The notes: a model not told the origin generated them from the sequence alone. Positions 26,700 through 39,100 are shown, numbered from the whole stretch's first letter. The stretch is 63,828 bases of DNA, filler included, from Octopus bimaculoides (GCF_001194135.2; 5 parts of 5 records of this genome joined end to end with filler, not necessarily neighbours in it), one strand, 5' to 3'. Numbers and translations: made by a program.

Positions 26700-27316
26700 T
26701 TGAATATTGTCCTGAAAGCTCTGAATACTGTCACAGAAAGCTCTGAAGAAGAAGTACTGAACAAAGGTCTAAACTTTGCGACAACCATCAACTGTATTCA
26801 TATTTGGACATAGTAGCCCCTATTGAAGAGATAGCCATAAATATAGCGAAAGGTCAGGGAGATGGACTAAGATGGAAAGTGAGACAGATACTAGTAAAAG
26901 CAAAACTTCCTAAACCAAACATCATTAACGGAGAGAAGTTCGCTATCAAAGGACTACAGAGTGACAAATCAATCATAATACTTCTAGCGGACAAAGGAAA
27001 TGCTACAGTGGTATGAACAAGTCTGACTACTCTGAAAATTGGCAAGTCTTATAAATGATGGTAGCTACAGCAAAAAAAAAAAGAAAGACCCAAATCTGAA
27101 AACAGAGAGGAAGTTGTCACAGACCGTGATCAAGTACAATGAAGTACGGACAACTGACTCAACACCACTGTAAACTACCACACGTGTACGGCTCCCTAAG
27201 ATTCACAAGGATAGTATTCCATTAAGACCTATAGTGAACTGCAGTGGTTCAGCATGTCATTCTCCAAGACAATAAACAATGTGAGGACAAATATCCGTCG
27301 AATGTAAATAATGTAC
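26700..27316 (+). mobile_element. Penelope-like retroelement RT remnant with a pseudo-LTR fragment
   Basis: VLNKGLNFA, LRWKVRQIL.KAK.PKPNI, IIILLADKGNATVV, KKDPNLKTERKL, KIHKDSIPLRPIVNCSGSACH, interrupted by stops and frameshifts. Confidence 0.85.
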
Positions 27317-28679
27317 CTAATTCCCCATCTCTTAAATTTAGAATTGTGTTGCCCCAATATCTCTATTTAGTGAACTCACATTTAAATATGTATTATTTCA
27401 GTACTTATATNNNNNNNNNNGTGTCAGTCACAGAGATCAGTAATCAAATTTATATCATCATCATCATCATCACCATATATTACTACTATTACTGCGATTA
27501 CTACTAGTAGTAGTAATAGCTGCAGTAGCACCAGTAGAAGCAGCAGCAGCAGCACCAGTAGTAGTAGTAGTAGTAGTAGTAATATGGATTTTACTTTTTC
27601 GTTTCTTCGCTATCACAATATATCTTTAACCCATGCTAACGTAAGAATGACGATAATTTCAGTAAGAAATCTTCACAAGCAAAATCAGCCCTGTTCAGTC
27701 ACAGTCTCAGACTTCCTCAGACAAACAGCTCAAACACTAGCAACACAGACGGTTTATACTTCACCATTTCCTATGCGAGAAACTCTTTAACACTTTCCCG
27801 GGAATTAGAGATACGACAAAGGAAAAAAGATCGCTAGTCAATACCATAAGACTCCTAAATATGATATTACTACATAAGTTAATGTTTTAACTATTCTAAG
27901 CTAGCAAAAGAAATGTGGAGTAACATTCGAGCTTTAACATATCATTAAAAACTGCTGAAGTTCCAGTTTTATAAGTATTCTTGTTTCTCATTGCTGTCAT
28001 TATAAAACTAATAGCCCAAACCAGTAGCTAGAACCAACGCAAAGAGATAATGTAGCATAGATATCTCAGCTGAATACAAAAGCCATTTGCTCAATTATCA
28101 ATGGAAAAATGGAAAGATTCCTTACATAAATCTTAAACATTCAAACCTTCCAATTTTTGCATCCCTATCGAATCCTGTCTGAACAACTTCCAATCAGAAG
28201 CCATGGTGAAAGATTGGCTAACCCCATTCTAGTGTATTGTGAAGGTTGAAGAAAAACAGGAAAATCCCTTCAAAAGTTGTTAGCTATACAGGAAATGGAT
28301 CACTTTCTTAAAATTGAAACGGCAGATCAGTGGCCAAAACGGAACATAGGGAATGACTGGACATTACGAACAACATGTGGGATTTCTTCCCTGCTTTGAA
28401 GGCCACCTTGATGTAAAGAGCGCAACATTCTCTCTTCTAACACAACATCCACATCAAGTTGTAGATCATAAAACTAGCATGTACTACTGAGACTGCTTTT
28501 TTCGCTATTAAGTATATATATACTTAATAGCGACACATGCAGTTTCAGTAGTATAGGGGGCTGTGTAGTAAGTAGCTTGCTCAACAATCACATGGTTCCG
28601 AGTTGAATCCCACTGCGTGGCACCTCGGGCAAGAGTCTTCTACTATAGCCTTGGGCCGACCAATGCCTTGTAAGTGGTA

Positions 28680-29165
28680 AATTTATTCAATAAAATCGCT
28701 ATTGGATTCCACCACGGCCTCCAGGCGACCTCGGAATCTCCTGTAACTCTTCTGAACGGTCTCCTTGTATAAGTTGGTGAATGCTGCCATAGTACTTGCC
28801 TTCGTTTCATCTGTGGTATTAAAGGGAGTGTTGCTAGTCTCTCACTCAGCTGCACCCGAGACATAATAATCAAGGGGATTACTACTGTCTGGGGAGTTAA
28901 TTGGCTACATGTTAGGGGTGATGAAGTCGCAGAAATTGTCTGACAGCCATGACTGGTTTTTTCCTGCTTGTGTAGCATGGGGCAGAGTCCTGTTGGCAGA
29001 AACAATGTCTTCATGCAGCCACCCTCGTGACACAGGGCAGCACTTGATTTCGGCCTCGGTTTTGAGTCTGAAGCCGTGTAAAGAAACGTATGGAGGCATA
29101 ACTTTGCCATCACAAATGATCACTTCAAACACCATGATGTTGACTAGATATTTGATTATCATCAA
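28680..29165 (-). mobile_element. Tc1/mariner-superfamily transposase C-terminal remnant
   Basis: QSWLSDNFCDFITPNM.PPNSPD..PLDYYV.GA...T..TP.NT.DE.KA..MAAFTNL.KETVQKS.RRFR.RLEAVVE.N.DFIE*, with frameshifts. Confidence 0.85.
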
Positions 29166-29431
29166 TCTCGGTACATGTACTCAGATTGCATTGTTTTCAG
29201 ATTGACGTTCAAGTACACTGAAATGTTTGTTATAGAGATTCTGGTGTGAATGTTAAACAGTACAGCAATTCCAAATTTATGGCAAACAGAATTACATCAT
29301 GCTGACGTTGTTCTTAGAGACGGTGCCCAATTGACTCTACTGTTTTGTGCAGTCTACAAAATCAGAAACAAACAATACACATTCATGAATTTAAAAACTT
29401 AAAATGGCTACAATTTACCCGTCACATACCC

Positions 29432-29507
<76 letters not shown>

Positions 29508-29925
29508 NNNNNNNNNNNNNNNNNNNNNNNNNNNNNNNNNNNNNNNNNNNNTTAATTAATTAANNNNNNNNNNNNNNNNNNNNNNNNNNNNNNNNNNNNN
29601 NNNNNNNAAAGACAGACGAAATACCACTAAGCATTTCACCCGGCGTGCTAACGGTTCTGCCAGCTCGCTTGCCTTAAATAATAATAATATTTAATCATAA
29701 AAACATCAAATGGTCCAGAGTAAAAGAGGAATGAAAGGGCTTCAAAGGTAAATAAAAATGGTTGGGAACCACTGGATTACATTGTTTTGAAATTGGAAGA
29801 TTGTCTCAAACAAATCAGGGTTGGTATCAAAAGGGTTAATTAAATTAATTAGGCAAGGTGCAGCTGTCATGAAATAAACAAAATTAAAAATGAATTTAAA
29901 TCACAATGTAAGAAGGGAGACTTAC

Positions 29926-30013
29926 GAGCTGCCGGCAAAGCAACGTTTTGACCTTTTGAAATGTGCTCCAGCACAGCCTGTCTCTGTAAGAATGTCTTGC
30001 AGGCTGCATCATT
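29926..30013 (-). CDS. TADA2A: TADA2A last visible exon (NDAACKTFLQRQA...)
   Basis: ccAG / C|GTAAGT; human DSSACQQWLRRQA. Confidence 0.9.
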
Positions 30014-31799
30014 CTGGAACCAGAAACAAGGAAAAAAGACAAAAAAATACCATTAGAATATTTTGAGAAACTCATAAACAAATGTCTCCTCCCTTTCCTT
30101 TCACAGGATTTGAAGACTGGAATGTAATGTGGCATGAAGTGTTGGACGATTTGAAACTAGTAGAAGATACAGAGAAAATGATGTTCCTGCAACTCAATTG
30201 TAAACAATAGCTTCGTCGTAGGATTGAACCTGAAACCATGTGCTTTAGAATCAAACTTCTCAGTCATGCAGTCAGGTAACATTAGAGATTCTCAGAGTTC
30301 TGATATGAATATGTTCGTAGCCAAAAGGTCTTTGAACCCACCTGAATGTTGGACAAAACCTCAGAAAGCAGGTGATGTTCTTGTTTCTCTAAATCTCTTC
30401 GAGACTTCAGTTGGTTAAAATTCTTTATCTGGTGCCGTAAACGTAAACCGTTTTCCCGATATTCCTGCAACTTTCGGATTTCATTCCTGAGTTCTTCACC
30501 ATCTGGGAAGAATGGAAAAAAACGAATGACTAAATGGAAATATGAATGAAACATGTTGGGTTACGATTCCAAATTGAGAATGGAAGATATCTGAGTGGAT
30601 TTCATGCAAATATGGAATAATAATAATGGTTTCAAATTTTGGCAAGTTTGGGAGACGGGATTAAGTCAATTACATCAACCCCAGGGCATAACTGGTATTT
30701 ATTTAATCGACCCTGGAAGGATTAAAAGCAAAATCAACCTTGGTGGAATTTGAACTCAGAACATAAGGACAGACGAAATGATGCTAAGCAAATACATACA
30801 CGCACACACACACATATATATATCATCATCATCATCATTTTAATGTCCACCTTTCCATGCTTCCATGAGTCAAATGGAATTCATTAAGGCATATTTACTA
30901 CAGCAGGATGTCCTCCCTATCACCAACCCTCACCTGTTTCTCACCAAGGTCATATTTCCCCACCCCTGGCCAGACATGTTTCCACATAAGATTAGAAACA
31001 AATGATGCTGCTTGTACGATAGGGACACACAAACATTCCACAGTTTCAAGACAAGGACACACACACACACACACAATGGGCTTCTTTCAAGTTTCCACTA
31101 ACCAAATCAACTTACAAGGCTTTGACTGATACACACACACAACAGGCTTCCACACAGCTTCTGTCTATCAAATTCACTTGCAAGTCACGGGTCGACTTGG
31201 GGCTTCAGTAGAAGAACTTGCCCAAGGTGCTGCCACAGCTGGATTCAACCTGAAACCATCTTAAACCAGACGGCTATATCTCTACCTATTTGGCTACTGT
31301 TCCTAACATTGATTTTGATGATGATGGTAATGAATGGCTTGGCATGAGAAAGCTGGATCGCTGTTGCTACTCACAGTGTAGAGATTCAATGTACAGATCA
31401 AATTCCGTTGGTGGCAGGAGTCGGTTAAATACGCTGAGGGCAGACACCGTGTGTCTGACTATTCTGTCATAATGGCGGTTGAAACCTGGCACAAGAAGAA
31501 AAACAGCAAATTATATTTTCTATAATTAATAGCAACGAAAGAAGTATTAATATCAAAAGGTAATATTTATTCCCATTTAAAAGTGGATGTTGTGTTAGAA
31601 CACAAAACACTACGATAGTTACCATAAGAGAACCTCTCATATGGACTTGTGGTGCATATAAGCACTCCTGTTCATATCACTAGTGAGAGATACTCACCCA
31701 CTACTGCTACTGGAACTACCAGATCACATGATTTCGGCCTTTTTTGGCCTTGTCAATGGCAGATATCCATAGCTAGAGATGGCAGTGATTTCTTCATCA

Positions 31800-31838
<39 letters not shown>

Positions 31839-32806
31839 CAGTGAGCATGCACGACAGTGTAAGCATCTTTTGGTGCATATATCACTAGCAGAAGATAACC
31901 ATTTGCTTCCACCAGCATCAGAACTGCCAGATCACATCATTTCAGCCTTCCTTGGCCCTGTCAGTGGCAGACGTCCACAGGTAGACAAAGCAGTGATTCA
32001 CCCATCAGTGATATAGAATCTCAGTGTTTATTTCCTCTCTCCAACAACAACAACAGCATGAATTAAACAATGTACTCACTGGTAATTTTCCTGATGTTGA
32101 TCAGACCATAATCCCGGATGATCCTAGAAATGAAAGGAGAAAAAGAAAAGAATTAACAAAAACAATTTATATTTTACCTCTTAGTTTCAACCAAATTAGG
32201 GCAACAAGAGGTTTAAAGGATCTCCAAGACTGGTAGGGAAGGGGTGTAGGAAGTATCCTAAAATTGGAAGCTTTGACCTGAATCCTTGAAATTCTTCACA
32301 CAGCCCTCTTTGCCATCCCTAAATCTCAACCAAACACCAATGCTGTAATGTGACAGCAAGAACAACAACAACAGCATCATCTGCAGTAACTTACTTTTTG
32401 CGTCGCCATCGTTCTTTTATGCATTCTCTGTAAATATGGATAACAGTCAACTTCAGTTCTGGGGACAGAAAAGAAAAACAACAAATCAGGACTCAATTAG
32501 AGTTATCATCATTATCAACACCAACACCCTTACTCCCAACATTATCAGCATCACTACCACCATCAACACCACAACACTAACGAGCACAGAGACACGCAAC
32601 GAATTTGATATTAGATATCATGAAGAGACAATGGGCTCATATAGAATCGTTCTGAGTTCAAATCCCTCTATGGTTGATTTTGCATTTCATCCTTTCAGGG
32701 ACAATAAAATAATGTACAATTTGAGTACTGAGGTTGATGGAATCAACTAGCTCTTCACCCAAGATTTCAGGCCTTTTGCCTCTAGCAGGAAGGATTATTA
32801 TTATTA

Positions 32807-32837
<31 letters not shown>

Positions 32838-35800
32838 ATCATTAATATCATCAAGGCAGTGAGCTGGCAGATTTGTTAGCACGCTGGGCGAAATGCTTAG
32901 CAGTATTCCATCTGCTGCTATGTTCAGAGTTCAAATTCCACTGAGGTTAACTTTGCCTTTCATCCTTTCAAAGTCAATAAAATAATTACCAGTTGAGCAC
33001 ACACACACGCATGCAGACACACAAACATTTAAAATCCTTTGGTGGAATTTGAACTCAGAACGTAGCAACGGGCAAAATACAGCTAAGCATTTCGTCCACT
33101 GTGCTAACAATTCTGCCAGATCGCCACCATAATAATGGTGATGATGATGATCTATTGTAGGCACAAGACCTGAAATATTTTCAGGGAGGGGTGGTGGCTG
33201 GTCGATTGCAACTTGAGCCCCATGCTCAAGTGGTACTTATTTCGTTGCCCCCCCCCCCCACACCAAACGCGATCTCAACAGCATTTGTACTCAGAACATA
33301 AAGACAGATGAAATGGCGCTAAGCATGGTTAGAATTCTGCCAGGACACCATCTTAAGAAGTAAAAAGCATAAAAATGCGGCAACTTCCACCATTTGCTGC
33401 TCACAAGCGAATTGATATCGAAACGAATAAGAAGATGGAAGCTGTATTGTTTTACTGACCCGTTAAGAAGTTGTGGTCCTCTTTCTCTGCATCCTCGATG
33501 TTGTCATCATCGTCTGCCTCCTGCTCCCCCTCTTCCTTGTTCTCCTGCTCGTTGTTGTCGTCGGTGTCAAAGGTCATATCTTTTAGTTCCAATTCTATGA
33601 AGTTGTTGTATTCCACATTGAAATCTCCAGCTGCTGCCGAGTAGCCACCCATTTCCAAGAACAAGGGGCTCCCGTCCTGGGGGCGGGGAGGATCATCGGA
33701 CACTGGAAGGAGGTTTTAGAAACAACAAAAATGGTAAAGAATACATAACGAGCAGAGAAAAAGGCAAAAGTAACACAAATGATTGATTTAATTAACGTTC
33801 ATTGTCATTGTTTTAATGTCCCCTTTTCAATACTTGCATGGGGGCAGGCAGAGTCTATTGACAGACTTTCTACAGCCAGATGCTGTTCCTGTTGCCAACC
33901 CTCATCTGTTTCTCAGCAAGACAACATTTCCCCGTGGTCAGACATGGCTTTCAAAGAATATTCGAAATGAACGACACTGCTTGTATGACAGTGACATTCG
34001 TTTACAGCTTTCATGCAACGGCAAGACAAAAAAACACAAACATACACACACATATATCATCATCATCATCATTTAACGTCCATTTGACCATGCTGGGATT
34101 TGAACTCAGAAATGCTGCAAGGTATTCTTTTTTTAATTTTTTTTATTTTAATTTCTGCCATGCCATGAAAAACAATAACAAAGAGGTGTTATACTTACAT
34201 TTAAATGCAACAGGAGATGGGTGGTAGGCTTGATTGAACTCAGGAAAAGCTGGAAGGAAACAAATATACAGGTATATTTGTTTTTTTAAATGATTTAAAT
34301 GTGTGGAAAACACATTTGAGCAATACAAGCGAGCAATTAGGCAAAATATGTAAGGTGATGGTCAATAAATGGGGAGGGCAGGACACTTAATTCCACATTA
34401 CCCCAGTTTGCTCACCACCATCATCATTTCATCCCTGCTTTCTATGCTGGCATGGGTTGAATGAGTTGTAGGAAGAGTTGAAACAATCCAATGAGTAAAG
34501 GGATCATGTCGTGCCCCAATGTCTCAATTTTGACACAGTTTCCAAGGCTGGGTGCCCCTTCCTAATGCCAACCATTTTACAGTATACCAGGGGCCCCCTT
34601 TTTCTTTTGTGGCACCAACACAGGTGGTTATGTTGTAACCCACAAATGACACAGTCTATTACAGGTAAGCTGGCTGGAATCTTTGGCACTTATTTTCAGG
34701 TGTGATATAAGCACCAAAATTTCTGATCATGTTACCAGCAACAGACTTTATCATTTGGTTCCTGCTGTACAACTGAGGCTATGCTCCGGTCCTTACAAAG
34801 GTCCCTACAACGCCCAAGGGGTGTGAATAAATGTCGAGTGTACAAATAGGGAATGGGTTAATCAATATACTCACATGGTAACTGTTTGTTGGAGTTTTCA
34901 ATGAAGCAGTTGAGATAATGGCGCTCACATTCCTGTTTGCTTTTAGTCTTTAGCTGCTGGGCAATATCTGACCTGGAGAGAGAGAGAGAGTGATCGAGTG
35001 AGTGATGGTACAGTTACAGAAGAAAAATGAATGACCATGCTTCTTTTCTCTCTTAAGAATACTTGTTCCAAACATGGCTGCCTCTGCGTAGTTATTTGTG
35101 TTGTTGTTTACTTTGTAAAACAATAAGGGGAGAGGGTTGCTAGCACATCACCCTCTACCCACATTTTTCCCATCCACATCTTTACCATATGAGACCCTAA
35201 CAAAATTCGATAACAGGTATAAATGCAAGTCTATCTAATTACTTGTCTCCTTCTAAAATGATATATAGCATTGTAGAAAACATGAAAAAGAATTTTTTTT
35301 TTGTTTCCTTACCAATTTCCAAATCCAAATTCTGATATGAGAGAAAGAAGTTTTAATTCTTCAGCAGCAGTCCATGATGATTCAAAGAGTGGAATGTCAT
35401 CTCTCTGATTGAGAACAAAAAGAAAACCTTGATTCAAAGAGTCACAGAATGAAATGAAGTGCAGGGAGTGGGGACAGGATGAGCAGAGATTCAATACACA
35501 AAGGGAATTGGTGTAGGGCATAGCATAGGGGCTTAAAACAAAAGTGACATAAGGAGGGGTAAGAAGAGCCAAGTTGTGAGGGAGAACATACGACAACCAA
35601 AATATGGCAGGAAATTGCCAGAATTATTACAGCATCAGTATCTTCTCTCTCTCTCGAGGTCAGACTTTCTGTAGCCAGTTCTTGTCTGCTCTCTGTCTTC
35701 CTCACTTTCTTCTTTCCTTCAGTGTCCCTGTTGTCATCAACAATTGAAGGCTTTGTCTTCACATACAATGTCAAATGAACTCAGCCTGTTGCCTCATCCT

Positions 35801-36166
35801 TCCAATATTAAGACGTTTTCTGGTTGTTTCTGCTTGTCTAAAGACGTCAACATTTGTTCTGCTTACGTAAGGCACCTTCAGCATTTATCTAAAGAATCAC
35901 ATTTCTGTTGCATTTTACATGGCACCAGCAGAGGTGCATTTTACGTGGCACCAGCACAAGAAAATATATTGTAAAGAATAGAGAAGCCTTACCATAAAAG
36001 TGTAAGAATGATTGTTTTGGTGTTCTCCTATTTCGGTTCCACGAGCAAAACAATTCAGACATAAAAGCAGAGGATTTGGACATGAAAGACAACGGACATA
36101 CGGTTCTTTCAATTGTTGCAAACATATTGGACATTGCAGTTTGGTCTCTTCATCACTGTCTTCCAT
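29926..36166 (-). CDS. TADA2A: Transcriptional adapter 2-alpha (Ada2a), spliced, 3'-partial (SWIRM exon(s) not found)
   Basis: 10 exons with compatible phases: 36166-35993, 35404-35313, 34972-34875, 34249-34199, 33702-33460, 32458-32395, 32123-32080, 31485-31375, 30502-30342, 30013-29926. ZZ finger CPIC..EPYVRCLSC..LCLNCF..H..HSY is closer to TADA2A than to TADA2B; SANT WTAAEELKLL..FGFGNW; DDPPRP; KERWRRKKIIRDYGLINIRK; ELRNEIRKLQEYR. Confidence 0.95.
30342..30502 (-). CDS. TADA2A: TADA2A exon (EELRNEIRKLQEYRENG...LLSEVLSNIQ)
   Basis: ccAG / CAG|GTGGGT; human ELRREIKRLQEYR...MLSEVLQYIQ. Confidence 0.95.
31375..31485 (-). CDS. TADA2A: TADA2A exon (FNRHYDR...EFDLYIESLH)
   Basis: ccAG / T|GTGAGT; human ..EHDKFIESH. 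Confidence 0.9.
32080..32123 (-). CDS. TADA2A: TADA2A exon (IIRDYGLINIRKIT)
   Basis: ctAG / A|GTGAGT; human IIRDHGLINLRK. Confidence 0.93.
32395..32458 (-). CDS. TADA2A: TADA2A exon (LKLTVIHIYRECIKERWRRK)
   Basis: cccAG / AA|GTAAGT; human LKMAVVDIYHSRLKERQRRK. Confidence 0.93.
33460..33702 (-). CDS. TADA2A: TADA2A exon (SDDPPRP...MGGYSAAAGDFNVEYNN...) with an acidic insert
   Basis: ttccAG / G|GTCAGT; matches human TDDPPRP...MAGYMPARADFIEEFDN. Confidence 0.95.
34199..34249 (-). CDS. TADA2A: TADA2A 51-nt exon (FPEFNQAYHPSPVAFK)
   Basis: Phase 1-1, ttccAG / T|GTAAGT; its position corresponds to the human linker ending ..AIPFH. Confidence 0.8.
34875..34972 (-). CDS. TADA2A: TADA2A exon, SANT end (SDIAQQLKTKSKQECERHY)
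   Basis: ccAG / T|GTGAGT; matches human QDVANQMCTKTKEECEKHY. Confidence 0.95.
35313..35404 (-). CDS. TADA2A: TADA2A exon, SANT start (SWTAAEELKLL...FGFGN)
   Basis: tcAG / TG|GTAAGG. Confidence 0.95.
35993..36166 (-). CDS. TADA2A: TADA2A first coding exon (ZZ zinc finger)
   Basis: MEDSDEETKLQCPICLQQLKEPYVRCLSCPNPLLLCLNCFARG..HSYTFM; acceptor just upstream (exon starts 36179); ATG|GTAAGG donor. Confidence 0.93.
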
Positions 36167-36489
36167 GGTGCCATAAATTCTGGAAGAAAATAAAAACAAA
36201 AGTCCATTAACATGTTGAGACGTACAGATTTCAAATTTCGGCACAAGGCCAGCAATTTCGGGGTACTGGGTAAGTTGATTACATCGACCTCAGTACTCAA
36301 CTGGTACTTATTTTATTGTCCCCGAAAGGATGAAAGGTAAAGTTAACCTTGGCGGAATTTGAACATACTGAGACATATTAAAATGATTTGTAGAAAATAT
36401 TAACTTCAATTTTAAAGGTGAAAAATATTTTAATATTTTACATTTTTACAATTAGCCTTTAATAAGGGAAAATGTTTATTCATTTTTAA

Positions 36490-36765
36490 AGACGGAGTCA
36501 ACAGCTCATGATCGTAAAGTTGTGAGTTCGATTCCCGGCGACGCGTTGGGCCTTTGAGCAAACACTTTATTTCACATCGCTCCAGTTCACTCAACTGGTA
36601 AAAATGAGTAGTATTTCAAAGAGCCAGCCTTGTCATACATATTGTGTCACGCTGAATCTCTTTGAGGATTACGTTAAGGATATGCGTGTCTGTGGAGTGC
36701 TCAGCCACTAGCACGATAATTTCCCAAGCAAGCTGTTCCATCGGATCAACTGGAACCCTCATCGT
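36490..36765 (+). mobile_element. tRNA-derived SINE, family C (..GTGAGTTCGATTCCCGG..TTGAGCAAACACTT..GTCTGTGGAGTGCTCAGCCAC..)
   Basis: B-box GTTCGATTCC; shared 3' domain also seen at 37721-37820 (inverted) and 6961-7030; related heads at about 51494-51720 and 56330-56540. Confidence 0.75.
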
Positions 36766-36769
36766 CATA

Positions 36770-36802
<33 letters not shown>

Positions 36803-37249
36803 NNNNNNNNNNAAATCTATGGAAATATTAGCAAATTGAGATTACCAAAATATCAAAAATATTAACAAAGATGTTAATTTTGTTTAGAAAACCCAAAGTT
36901 GAGCAGCTACTTTCCACACCAAGTACAGATTGTCAAACGGAAAATTGTGATAAATTTTTTAAATTATCGTATTTTTATGCAATTGTTAATTTACTTAGGA
37001 AAAGATGTAATGGATATTTTCTGATCCTTTGGGTGCATAAAATGACGCTTTTTAAGTTTAAAAAAGAAATCAAAAGTTGCGTTACTTAAACTTAAGTTTT
37101 CTGTCCCAAAAATTATTTAAAATAAAATACACCAACCTTTTCGGGTCTGTGTTGAAACTAAATTAAATTAAACAAAACTTCAAACTGGATGCATGAATCG
37201 CAACAAACAAGATGTATTCCTCAACAGTATTTAATTCATTTCCTGCCAA

Positions 37250-39100
37250 TAAATAAACATTAATTCTGTTTCTTTTCTTAAGAATTTTTCTGGTTTTGCG
37301 CGAAATGTTTTGGCGTCAAAACATTGATGTTAACTCACCAACATTAAAGAGCAGAAACGCAACAGTAAGTTAGAGTTATGTCCCTTTATATCTTTCAGCT
37401 TTTGTTGTTGTTGTTATTTAACCAGGGTCAACCTTGGTTGGGTAGGCCTACGAGGAAAGACGTTTCTAGTCGTGATCATTCCGTCTTGTTCAAACTTGAC
37501 TATATTATCCAAGGTGTCTTTCCTCTTTAAGACAATAGAGTGTGATTTGAGGAGAACTTGGGTGCTGTTTCTTGCAAAACGAGCGACCAAGTTGAGGTTT
37601 ATTCATTGATCGTAGGACTTAAGACGTTTGTTCTGGAACCGATAAAATAAATGCTAGTAATATACACATGAATAACGAGGAGGCATCTATATACTTACTA
37701 GAATGTCCTTCAAATCATACTCGTGAAATTAACGTGCAAGTGGCTGAGCACTCCACAGACACGTGTACCCTTAATGTAGTTCTCGGGGGATATTCAGCGT
37801 GACACAGTGTGACAAGGCTGACCCTTTGAATTACAGGCACAGCAGAAACAGGAAGAAAGAGTGAGAGAAAGTTGTGGTGAAAGAGTACAGCAGGGTTCGC
37901 CACCATCCCCTGCCGGAGCCTCGTGGAGGGAATCGAAACCGCGAGTCCGCTGCCCTAACCACTGGGCCATTGCGTATCCACACACGTCTTATTACCCTTG
38001 CTTAAACAGGAAAAAAAATCGGAGCCCTCACATGTGAAAACAGTAACAAGCTCACAACTCCTATTACCGTAGAGGTCAGCTTCTACTTTTCAATAAAACC
38101 CAATTACATAATCTCTAGAATCGATTAAATCAATTCTGTTTAATACTAACGAAGTAAATATAATCCATTTTTTATCGATCCACCCGGCTTAATTTTCCGA
38201 GTCCATACCCCCGATGTCAAAAACGAAGTCCTCTCACAGGTTCTAGTGTCTTTAATTATCCGAAGAACGTTTTATTGTCCAACACCGTAAACCGGTGTTC
38301 CATGAATTTACCAATATTCCGTTCAATGCGTTTATCTTTTCTCGGTAAGAAATGGTTTTTCTGTTTCTCTTGGATTCTTTCTTGGAATTATCTGAAATTA
38401 TTTCTTTTTATGTGGATGGCAATTTTAATTCGTTACTTACTTTACGATCTTTATCTCGAATATTTGTTTTTTAATATTTAGTAATTTTATTTTTCGCCGA
38501 AAAGAGAAATTTTCTTGCCACAAGAAACGATTATTTTGGCATTTAAATGACGGTTCGTTTTCGTATCCACCTCCAAATGTTATATATTATACATCGGGAC
38601 AAAACAAAACATTTATATCAAATATTTTTTTTTTCCTCTTCTGCCAAACCAAAACAATAATAAAAATAATGATAATAAATTTTAACTAAAAATTGAGAAG
38701 CGAAATCGATAAACTGCCCGGTTTTGTCATGAAATTTTATTTTCGTCTTTTCAACGACTAAAAATTTATAAAGAGATTGAGTGATGTTTATGCCGGGTTT
38801 TTGTTTATTTTCCTCCTATCTTATTCAATCAGCAGAATTAGACACAAAACCGAAAGTAAAAGGACTTGAATTTGGGATCAAACTGTAGCTATGTGCTTCT
38901 TCTGTTGTTGTTTTAAGTGCACGCAGACTCTGATTGGGCATCCGTATAAAAAAGCATGCCAATCGTGACCATCTCGTCTTATCTTTTATTTTTATTCAGG
39001 TTTTTGTGTATCTAGCTTTTCATTATTTCGTGTATTCCTTCTTGCAGATGTGGCTTTCTGATCCAGAAATTGGTTTCGCCACTGCGTCCCTGTCTGGTAC
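37250..39100. promoter_or_regulatory. Probable shared (bidirectional) promoter and 5'-UTR exon zone of TADA2A and DHX36
   Basis: Both ATG-containing exons are preceded by acceptors (36180 on minus, 39656 on plus), so the non-coding first exons must lie between them. 38100-38800 has no SINEs and is visibly richer in CpG. E2F-like TTTGCGCGAAA at 37295-37305. Boundaries are approximate. Confidence 0.5.

Noticed and set aside
28321-28480. Short open minus-strand frame examined as the TADA2A SWIRM exon
   Set aside because: No similarity to the expected PPL..GLPG / IKIDVNKT sequence.
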